Source of the DNA: Perna viridis
Lineage: Eukaryota
NCBI GenBank assembly: GCA_037379345.1
Contig: CM074516.1
Span: 6,014,001-6,078,000, forward strand
Length of the DNA: 64,000 bases
Direction of reading: 5' to 3'
In this document: positions 13,373 to 23,436 of the stretch, piece by piece
Numbering within the stretch: position 1 is the stretch's first letter
Layout of the letters: the number at the start of each line of letters is the position of its first letter
Notes under the pieces: model-generated
Databases searched by the model: none
Told to the model about the DNA's origin: nothing
Seen by the model: only the letters and a program-made list of their open reading frames with translations
Program-made: the position numbers and the translations under genes

Positions 13373-14949
13373 TTTTGATGACAGCAGTTCCATCAGCAGT
13401 GGAGATATTAGTGATGCTGTCAATGAGATTAGTACTGACGATGGCAATTTGACGGGAGGATCCTCTCAAAGTGATACAAACCCCTATCATAGTCTGAAAC
13501 GCACCCCTCAGAAAGATGTACGCTCCCATGGACAGTACCCAGGTAAACGAGGGCCTACACTGGGAACCAGTGCTTTTATGGGTTCAGACTATGGCGGTGA
13601 AAGTGGCCCGATTTCTGGATGGCGAAAATACTCTCTACCTCAAACAAATAGACTTTTAAGTAGTGACCCAGCTGATTATGCATATCTGTATAATAATTAT
13701 GAACATTTGCAATCACTTCGAGCTAACCAGGCCAATCAGTTGAGAAAACTTTCTAATGTAAGCCAACCTGAAGTTCACCATTACCGTCGCCATAGCGATG
13801 ATTATGCAAACAGTGAAAATTCAAACAAACGTGATTCTGAAACAAACACTGACCAATCACATTTACTTGAATCAAGTATGAGGCGAATGCAACAAGGTCA
13901 AGGTCGACCTGGTTCTGGTGGGTCACTAGGTCATGGAATTTATGGCTTTAGGAGACCTACAAGTACATCCTCTGCTGGTAGTAGTCAAGGTGATAGTCCT
14001 GCAACAAAAAGTGCAACAATTGGAAGCAGGCTTGCTAAACATGGTATGGACGCTAATGGCAACAGGAGTGATAATCCACAAGGTATTCCTAGACCTGGCA
14101 GTGCTCAAGCACTTAGATGTACGACACCAGTCAAAACAGACATGAGTGTTGATGGATATGGCACATCAACTTTGGAAAGACGGAAAAAGAGTAGTATGTC
14201 AGGTGTGAAATCTTCTAGTTCTGCACAAACTGATAGTGAAATTTATAAATCTAATACTCTTGGACGTACAAAAAAAAGTTTTGGAAATGGAATGGGAAAA
14301 GGACCACAACAAGGTGAAAATGGCAATATGTGTTCTAGTACTATTATATCAAACCCTCATGCTACTTATGGTAAAAATTTTAGCAATGGTAATGGGCATT
14401 ATGTTGCTATGGAATATGGTAGCCCTAGAAACTCAAATCATGGCATATGGCTTAAAAGTGCTAATGGAAATCCTAATACATCAATGGGACAAGTGCCGTC
14501 TCATTTATCAGAGACGGAAAGTATGGATTCCATTTCATCGCATGCTTCTAGTATCCAAGCTCAAATCCAACAAGCTCGTGCTTTAAGTGGGGCTAGTGCA
14601 CGTATCCTGTCAAGAGATGGCAACGGTATGGGACTCTCACGCTCTAACAGTGTCAGGTCGACTCATTCAGACTCGGCATATGCCAGTGCACAGCAATATT
14701 TCTCCGATCATGAACTTCCCAGCACAAACTCTTTCTCTCAAATCCCGAGCCCTCAGCCTCCTGCCTCTCCTACTCCCAGCAACAGCTCCTCATCACGCTT
14801 CACGTATCCTATGGCTGCTTACAGTAGTCCTAGTGCATTTGCTAGTCCCGGTTCATCACAAAATATGGTTCGATCCAACACTCAGACAAGCCTTCCACCT
14901 TATGGGAGTTTGGCCTTGTCAAAGATCAATCGGGAGGAGGATGGGAGTC
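13373..14949 (+). CDS. NAV2: Neuron navigator (NAV2/unc-53/sickie-like), large 1577-nt Ser-rich internal exon
   Basis: Polypyrimidine tract plus AG at 13371-13372, open frame to a GTAAGT donor at 14950. Starts FDDSSSISSGDISDAVNEISTDD, resembling the navigator DDSSSVSSGISD...STDD block, and also carries YGFRRP, IISNPHATY and RSNSVRS motifs. Phase 2 in, phase 1 out. The ORF-track call 13347-15029 overruns both splice sites. Confidence 0.92.
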
Positions 14950-16480
14950 GTAAGTGTTGTTGTTCTCTGGTTTTCTGTGGAAGCATTTTTGTTCAAGGGA
15001 TACCAGTTGACTATTTTTTTTTTTTATAGTTTTTTAACATATCATTAAATTTCATTTCAAGGCATGTAAAGATTTCAGAATTGAATTTAAAAATGTGTCC
15101 AATGCCAAAATTTTGCTTTATTACAAAGTTAGCTGCCTGTGAATAAAATGCTTCCACTTTACTTGTAGTTACTGAGGAAAAATAGTTCAGCTCAAAATAA
15201 TTAAAATAAGCATTTACTGAAAATGGGAAAAAATGAACTTGGAAATTAGCTTTGATTAAATAAAAAAACCCGCCAAAAATCAAGGTATGATACTGTCACT
15301 ATAATTGTATACTAGGAATTGTCTTTTTAGCCTAAGAGAGATAACTCTAATTTGTTTAGAACTGTTTTTCCACAGCAATTGAAAGTTAATATTATGTTAT
15401 GAACTTCTCAGCTATGTTTATTTAATTTCTTATGCATGCTTTATATTTTTTATTACAGTATCAGTGTTTGATGTATTCATTCTTAAGTAGCATAAAAAAG
15501 CTTATCTTTATATATAACTTTATAAATTGAAAAAAAAAAAAAAATTATTCGAAAATTTTTAAAAATTTAGAAGTTGTTGCTTCCTGAGAGTGGTTATTTC
15601 CATTGTAAAGAGTAAATACAAATAAAATCTAGAAGGCCTTTTCCCATTAGGTTCTCTACCATTTATGATTCACCCTATATTGAAATATGATGGACATCTG
15701 AAACTGGCTTCATGACCAAAATCAATAGATTTAATCAAAATTTGACATAGTATTATTTCTGTTAATGGACAAATGGTATTTGTTTACCATTACATTGAGA
15801 GCTACTATCACTGGAGAAGTCTTTATGGAATTTGAGTCATTTCAGATGTTCTTTATGTTATGGACTGTTATTAAGTGTAATGTTTGTAATTTTTGGTCGT
15901 TTCGGAGTTAATACAATTTGTCAAATTGTCTGATTTATAGAGTAAGAGAATGATGTCATTCTTATTGCAGAGAAGCCATTTATCAGATTTTCTATGTAAA
16001 TTGGTTTTTCATTGCATATTGGGAATTGGAAGTTCCTTCTATTTATTGCTTTTAGTGAATGCTTAGAAATATCAGACTTTAAGTGCATAAAGTTTAAGGC
16101 TTGATATATGATTTTGCTATTTGAATTTTATTTTATAGTGAATTTGTTTCAATACTTTATTTAATCATGTTATACATGTAGTTAAGAATTTAATTTAAAA
16201 AGTTTCAAAACTTAACTTCTAATTGCTAAAAGTAAAAAAAAAAAATCTTTATTTCTTAACTCTATCAATTTTTAACATTTAAGAATGATAACAATCTTAA
16301 TAATTTGTTCATAAATTTCTTAATCAAATTTTAGAAAAATTAAATGGTCAAATAAAACTTCTCATCTCAAACAATTTTTTTATTGGTCACTATGATCTAC
16401 TTTTAAGATTTTATGACCTATTTATTGGCCGCAGTGACCTACTTTAAGATTTATTTGACCTATTTCTATTTACCACACAG

Positions 16481-16537
16481 GTCTTACTAAATCAGCGACT
16501 TTGGATTATTCTTATTCTGACTATGACTACGCCTCTG
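16481..16537 (+). CDS. NAV2: Navigator 57-nt frame-preserving (probably cassette) exon, RLTKSATLDYSYSDYDYAS
   Basis: cacag| acceptor, G|GTAAGT donor, phase 1/1, stop-free in the frame joining 14949 to 18154, CpG-containing unlike the flanks. Confidence 0.75.
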
Positions 16538-18153
16538 GTAAGTCTATGTCAGAAACACATTGTTGTGCCGTGTTGTAATATATTTATGCCATTTTTATAT
16601 TACATGGTGGGTAGGGATACACAAGTGAAGATTTTTGTTATGGTCTTGTATTGGAGAAAATACTGATTGAAGTGTTATTTCTGGTCATTTAAACAGATAA
16701 AGAATACCATTTTTTTTTCTGACATCATCTACTGGGAGCAAGGGGAAATGGCAAAATTCATTTGTGCTGTACTGTAGTTACATAAATAGACTGACTTTGG
16801 TTATATTAATGAGAGTATCTTATTTTATATGCAGGTTCTAAGTGAAAAAATATCAAAATTCTTTAAATAATTGCTTTGGCTAGGTCTCTGATTTGATCAG
16901 GATTGGATGAAGGCTTTTAGCATGAAAAAAATCTATTTAAATTTCTGTTAAATGTAACAAAAAAGTTATGAAAAAATGTTTGAAACAGCTTAGTATTAAA
17001 GTTCTTAAGATATTGATGTTCAAAAACTTTTATAAAAAATACTAAATACAAAGGAAATTCTATTCAAGTAAATTTGCAGTTGACTATGTAGTAAGGTATT
17101 AAGAATCCAACACCATTGAGAGTGTAAGACAGAGAAATTTTAGGTAAACAAGTGTTAGATTTTGAGTACTTTAACAAGGCTCTGCTGAGAAAATGAAATC
17201 TTACCTGAGGCTGTCTGAGGTTTCTTTGCCTTACATTTTCTGGTGTTATTACCTTCTTTTTCTCACTTTTAAAATAGCTTTTGTTATTAGTACCCCACTT
17301 CAGAACACCCTGCTTAGCTGAAATTCCTTTGAATTTACTAGACATTATAAAACTTTTTAGTGACGTCACAAACATCATGTTTATCTCACTCATGGGTGAA
17401 ATCAAGAAATCCCGCATGGCTAAAAATAGGAATATCCTTGTCTCTTTAGTGAAAAATAATCTTGTCAGTTATAAGATAGACAACTCTAATTTTTTTCCAA
17501 TTTAGATGTTTGAGCAAAAAATGTTTTTTCTTTAAAAAAGCATTGTGTTAAACTGGAGCACTTAAACACTGTTTGTCAAGTTTTGGTTACTGTTAATTTG
17601 TATGGTAATTCATTGTGATGCACAAATAAAAGAAACTAAGTTGTAATAAAAAATGCTAACAATATTTTCTGAATTTGCAGTAATACCCTATGGAAATTAA
17701 AATTTAGTTAACTAATAGGATGTGGACCCTCATTCAATTGACTTTCCCTATATGGCTCCATAAGTGTTTTATTTCAAAACGTAACAAATTCTTCACACCA
17801 AGGACTATATAGAGATGATCTCATACCTGTTAACCCGTTCACATTAGATGGAGACTTCCACAAAATCAATAAGAAAATTAATAATTTCCACATGAAAAAT
17901 ACTGAATAATTTAGTTTACACGTAAATAATTTGTTTACATGTAAAAACCTCTCACGTGAGATTGTGTCAGTGGTGGAAGGATCTATCACGTAAACTGTAG
18001 TAGGATGATCTTGTCCTTAGAAATATTTTCTGACTTTACATGATCAGAATGGTTGATAGCAAGTTTGCTTGTATAAAGTAGAGTTCTGTCAATCTGGATG
18101 AGCCACGAATTTGTTTTTTGTCAGTCTTACTATTTATTTTTATTTTGTTTCAG

Positions 18154-18206
18154 TACATGGCTCTAATCTGTCCTTGGTGTCCAGTGCTTCATCTCATTAT
18201 TCTACA
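18154..18206 (+). CDS. NAV2: Navigator exon, VHGSNLSLVSSASSHYST
   Basis: tttgtttcag| acceptor, |GTGAGT donor; matches the conserved navigator HGSxLSLxSSxSSxYS motif; phase 1 in, phase 0 out. Confidence 0.93.
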
Positions 18207-18455
18207 GTGAGTATTGATATGTTAGATACATGATCCTTTTATGATAAATAATGCCATGAATTGAAATGAATTAATGGTGGTAACTTGCAGAGAAAGGCTA
18301 GAATAAAAGATTGCTTATTGAAAAATTCTGTGTATTAAAAAGTATCCAGTATACATCACTTAATGCTACAAGAGAAATATACTCTTAATACAAAGACAAA
18401 TTAATACACGCAGATAATTTTTTATGATCCCAATCATTTATATATGAATTTAATG

Positions 18456-18529
18456 AGAATAAGTATAGTGTAAATGTCAAAGAGAACACAATCCCAGTGG
18501 GATGAAAATGTCAGCCCAAGGCCACCCAT
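18456..18529 (+). repeat. Interspersed repeat fragment; inverted copy at 3297-3370
   Basis: agaataagtatagtgtaaatgtcaaagag...gatgaaaatgtcagcccaaggccacccat is the reverse complement of 3297-3370. Confidence 0.85.
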
Positions 18530-18934
18530 GGCAGGCTGCAGCTGGCCCCAAAATATCACTACACACATGTACAGCAAAAGAGTTGCCCCTATATGCTCAT
18601 TGAAGTAACATAAAAAATAAACTAAAGGTGAAAACAAAACTAGACATACAGAGGCCAGATATTTCTGACTTGGGATAGGCACAAAACCTGTGGCAGGGTT
18701 GAAGTACTTTGGTGTGGTTACACCCCCCTTTAAAATCTGGTCAGTTTGAAAAAAAAATATTTCACAGAGTCCTTTGTTACTGTCATATATAAAAACATTT
18801 AAATCAGTTGATATTATTCTAAAAAAAAAAGAAAAAAAAGATTCAAGTTTAAGAAATGGGTGACTAAAGTATTTGTTGTATTTTATGTGGCAAATAAATT
18901 ACTAATATACATTTGATGTCATATTACTTTTCAG

Positions 18935-18958
18935 GCTGAAGAGAAACAGAATGCAGAG
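18935..18958 (+). CDS. NAV2: Navigator 24-nt microexon, AEEKQNAE
   Basis: ttacttttcag| acceptor, GAG|GTGAGT donor, phase 0/0; fills the (A/P)EEKxxSE segment that navigators have between YST and IRKLRREL. Confidence 0.9.
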
Positions 18959-19404
18959 GTGAGTAAGAGTTACTTCTCTTTACACATTTATTAGCAACCA
19001 CAACAGTCGTTACACTTCCCCTTTCTCCAAATATTTATTGTACTCAAATAGCATGCATTTGATACTACTGACAGATTAGTGATAAATTTGTTTCTTTAAT
19101 CTTTGTTTTTTGAGTTCAATCTCATTCCAATTTTATGCCATGTTGCATTTTTATGCTCGCAAATAGATATCAATTTTGATACATGATAGAAATTATCTTT
19201 CCATTGCTTTTTTCTTCAGAAATATTTTACATTTTTTGTCCAATTATCACCAGAATTTATATTTAATTCATGTTCCATCATTTGTATTTTTGGCATTTTT
19301 ATAATGTTGAAAGCTACGTGACTTCCCGCACAATGGGATTAATATTTGATTTTATTGTTACATGTACATGCTGGAATTTAAAAGGGAGAAAAATGAAACA
19401 TTAA

Positions 19405-19855
19405 GGTGATACTAGAGTCAGTCAGGAAGTATGAAATAGGTGCTCAAATATTTTATTATGCATTTAAAATGTAAAAAGCTTATATACTGATGTTGATCAG
19501 CTTTCAAGTGTGTGTTTGTAGATACTTGCAAAGTGTATTAGGTACACAAGCAATAGCAGATCCACAAGTTTTGAAAAGGGAAAGGGGGGGGGGTGCTGCT
19601 CCAGTGATTTCTTATGATTACTATATAATCAGCCAAAATTTTTTAGCATAAAAAGGGTGTGGGTCTTGCTCTTGGTTTCCTATAAAGTCTTTATACACAC
19701 AATGTAGATAATGTAAACAGATCTTTGAAATTTTTTCTCTGTTTTTAAATTTTCTGAAATCGTTTGCAATTTATGGTAATTTTTATCAATTTTGAAACTT
19801 AGCAACTGCCTGTGTGAATAAATTTTCAAACATAAAGGGTAAAAATAGTACCACC
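19405..19855. mobile_element. Decayed Kolobok-like MITE (GG...CC ends) with a G-run-containing insert near 19555-19690
   Basis: TTAA-GGTGATACTA ... TAGTACCACC-TTGA (9/10 inverted match). Confidence 0.4.
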
Positions 19856-20410
19856 TTGACAACAGCAATATGAATGATGAACTTTGGCACATTTATCTAT
19901 GAGTGGTTCACTAGCACTTAGAACTAAATTTCATGAAGATTTCTTTCTTACATTGTCAGGAGGGGAGAAAAGAAACTTAATTCTGGAATAAAGGTTGTCT
20001 ATTTCAGCTGATTTTGTGAGGAGTCGCTATCAATTTTATAGATAAAAGAAATTATAAGATGATTCCAGCTGAGTGAGAAATCTCAATTGAAATTCCTTCA
20101 ATTTCATAAAGAGCGACTTAGCAGAAAATTACTTTGAAATTCAACTCTTCTTCCTGCTTACCAGGGATAAATTGGAAGTGATTGGATTTACAGATTCATT
20201 AAAGATTTTGATATTGTACCCTTATGGATTAAAAAAAAAATGAGCCAAATAACCCAGTCAGACAATTTTTTATCCACGTTGAATTACATAATTTTGAAAT
20301 GAACCATCATCACGCTTGGTTTGATAACAGATGAAGCTATGACATAACTTCGATACTGAAAGCTGCCACAAAATTTTTAGTTTTGATTGTGAATTGATTG
20401 ATTTTTGTAG

Positions 20411-20485
20411 ATTCGTAAATTACGGAGAGAGCTGGAGGCTGCACAGGAAAAAGTGTCAACCCTGACCACACAGCTGAGCACCAAT
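20411..20485 (+). CDS. NAV2: Navigator coiled-coil exon, IRKLRRELEAAQEKVSTLTTQLSTN
   Basis: atttttgtag| acceptor, |GTAAGT donor, phase 0/0; closely matches the navigator IRKLRRELxxSQEKVxxLTxQLxAN coiled coil. Confidence 0.95.
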
Positions 20486-21371
20486 GTAAGTATGGATTGT
20501 CTTGATAAATGAATGCTATACAGTATAGTCAGTATTTTGCAGTGCTGTAGATTTTAGATGTAAACAAGCAGCTAGGGAATAGTTGGTAGATATTATTGAC
20601 TGATATACACAATACCTGAGGGGTCAGGGGTCAAAATTACCGTTGTTCTTGACTAAAGTCATCCTTGAAATTATGAAAGATATGAAGTTCAGAACACATT
20701 TATTCGTAAAATTGAAATTTGAAATGCATTTACTAGTTTAACTGCTTAAAGATATGGCTAATATCACTGCTAATTTGATATCCTGTAAATGGCTGTTTAA
20801 ATATTAATTTGTGAAAAGGTTTTTTGGCTTGTTTTTTTGAGTCTTAATCTTCTTAAATACCTATGCTGTTAATGTTTAGACAAAACAGCTGGTTAACTTG
20901 GTGTTTACAATGACCTCAAGTTACCTCCCTTTGACTGCACTGAAACAGCCTTGGGAAAGACATGAATCTTCTGATTGATATAAGAAGTGATTAGGTATTG
21001 GCTCTGAGGAAATCTGCCAGAATCTAAGTTGATGAAGATTTGATAGATATATTTCATGAGAGGCCATTATCTTCAGGAAGTCTACTTTACAGAGTTCTTA
21101 AAGTGGTCGATTGAATTTGTCATGAGTTCATCTCAGGATGGAAGAGATGAAATTACTATATTTGTGATGTATTCAGTATTTGTAATTTTTCCTTCAGTTT
21201 GTGCATTTTAATGCCCCGTAAATCCAAGCAATAAATTGCTGGAAATACAATCTTTTGAAATCTACTAAACTGCAAATTTTTCATTAACTCACCTTAATTG
21301 ATTTTGAAGACTGCAGAGCCACTAAAAATTCCCCTTTCATATACATATATATATATAAATCTTAGGGTGAA

Positions 21372-21540
21372 TAGTGAGACCTGTCTCTACCAAATCTTGA
21401 AGAAGCCAAAAGCCTATCTACATGTGACATTTCCTGATGACCCTTATTATCAGTTTTGATGCATTTTGAACCTGTGTAATCCAAACAACCTTCTTACAGT
21501 AACTAGTCTGAAAGAAATTCAGTGTAGGCAGGTTTCACAG
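21372..21540. mobile_element. Short Tc1/mariner-pogo-like MITE
   Basis: Left agtgagacctgtct vs right aggcaggtttcacag-TA; ends resemble the elements at 51340 and 62543. Confidence 0.5.
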
Positions 21541-22004
21541 TAAAAAAGTGTATTTTGTACTTCTGGTAAAACAATGTTGACCTTGTTTCATCAGCATTAG
21601 TCACACATGCACAAAATCAACTTCTTTATGATAGAATAATCTTGATATTAATACAAACATGACTAAACTCACACCATAATGAACCACAAAATGTATAAAA
21701 AAACAAAAGGTGGAAAGTCCTAAACTGACTAAGAATCATATGACTTGATAGATGACATTGATAAAAGATGCTTAGGTCAGACAGTACATATTGCTCATGA
21801 TTATCTTTTTGGGTTAAATGTGAAAGTTAAAGAGTTCATTCGAAGAGGGTTCTCATTATGTGGTCAATAATCTCTAATTGAAGCACTGGCCACCTAAGTA
21901 TATGTTACAAAAAAATACAGTTCTGTAATATTTTTATTTTCTCAAAAAATCTTATAAAATTTAACTTGCATTTTTTGTGACTTATTGGAACTCTCTACTG
22001 TGTA

Positions 22005-22065
22005 TTTTTGTTTGTTTGTTGGGGTTTAACGTCCGAGCAGCAATATTTCAGCTATATTCAGACAA
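22005..22065 (-). mobile_element. 5'-truncated retroposon (SINE/LINE 3' end, (AAAC)n tail) with 12-bp TSD
   Basis: TSD ctctactgtgta at 21993-22004 and 22066-22077; body nearly identical to 35296-35356. Confidence 0.8.
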
Positions 22066-23008
22066 CTCTACTGTGTACCAATATGGCTAAGATATTCAAT
22101 ATTTTAAAAATTAGAAAACTTTGTTCTCTTTATAATGTTCCATGGCTGTTAAATGATGCACCATGATGTTGCTTCGTCCTAGAAATGGCCTAAAAACTAA
22201 CATTCATTCAGTCATAAAAAAATGGCCATTGTTAATGATTCTTTATTTTTTCTGAAAATTAAACAAGAGTTATTTCCCTTTCAATACTCTCTCATGAAGT
22301 AGATAATTAGCCATAAAGTATGTATCATTAGCACTTCATTTACAAAACAAAGTCCTTAGAATGTGATAATATATAACTTTGTATAAACATTTATAGGGAT
22401 TGTTCGTTAAAGCCCAGAATCAACAAGCTAAGATTAAATTAGTTTTGTTTCATAATGGTTTTTACATCAATTGTTGATGAAGATATGTAATGGAATTACT
22501 ACTGTTGTATCAGCTGATGGAGAAATTAGTTTAATGATGTGTTTTTGTCTGCTAATGTTTTGTATGGATTAATTCCATTGTTTTATAATCTGTTAGGATG
22601 ATTTTGATAGTTTTATATTTTTTTGGATTTTGTTTATTGATTGATGGTAGATAAATATGAGGCATCTTCATCATTCTCAATACACTTCTGCATATATAAT
22701 TTGGGATACTCATTCCCCATACATGCTTAATCCTTTCCTTATACACAATACACCGAAAACAATACCAATGCTTAGTGGATAGAGAGGAGTATTGTATCTG
22801 GATGTTTGTGTGAATACGGTAGTTCATATGCCCCTTGTTGCATTCCATTGTTTTTGTGATTTTATGATTTTTGTATATTCCTACTCTGAAGGGGAAGATG
22901 GTGTACTGTTTTGTACTCTTTTTTTTTGTATGTCCTTGAATCTGACTGTCTGATAAACATATATTTATAGAATTTTTCTCTTGAATTTTCAATCAAAGCC
23001 AATTGATA

Positions 23009-23202
23009 CTGTGAAAGTACTATTGTTCTTGAGGTTGTTTTCAAGAGTAGGCCAAACCACAAAATTTGGTTCCCAACAAATAGGAGATTTCCATAGATGT
23101 GTAAATTGAAAACCTCAAAACCATGAATTCAAGAATCCACGAACTTTTGTTTCTTTCCTAATCCACTAAAATTGGTATCCACGATTTTAAGTACTTTGAC
23201 AG
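23009..23202. mobile_element. Tc1/mariner-type MITE with TA target duplication
   Basis: TA-CTGTGAAAGTACT ... AGTACTTTGACAG-TA (12/13 inverted match), internal atccacga repeats. Confidence 0.75.
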
Positions 23203-23310
23203 TATTTGATATGCAACATCATTTCAATGTCCCACACTGTGGATTTCAGGACTGTTTCTTGTCCACTTTCTGTTTAATGGCTTTCAAACGTTTTGGACCA
23301 TTTCTTCTAC

Positions 23311-23436
23311 AACTATACCAATGACAACTATACCAATGACAGCTATACCAATGAAAACTATACCAATGACAGCTATACCAATGACAACTATACCAATGAC
23401 AGCTATACCAATGACAACTATACCAATGACAGCTAT
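23311..23436. repeat. 15-bp minisatellite (ARCTATACCAATGAC), about 8.4 copies
   Basis: Units at 23311+15n; AAC/AGC variants alternate from unit 2. Confidence 0.95.

Noticed and set aside
13347-15029. 560-aa single-exon gene as given in the ORF track
   Set aside because: It starts at a TTG in the polypyrimidine tract and reads through the donor at 14950; the real unit is exon 13373-14949.
13290-15048. Overlapping alternative-frame and antisense ORFs (13290-, 13926-, 13933+, 14236+, 14587+)
   Set aside because: Shadows of the navigator exon with no recognisable homology.
22552-22992. 146-aa minus-strand ORF and the other 60-117-aa ORFs
   Set aside because: AT-rich, F/I/L/K-biased, often non-ATG starts, no domain resemblance; expected by chance.
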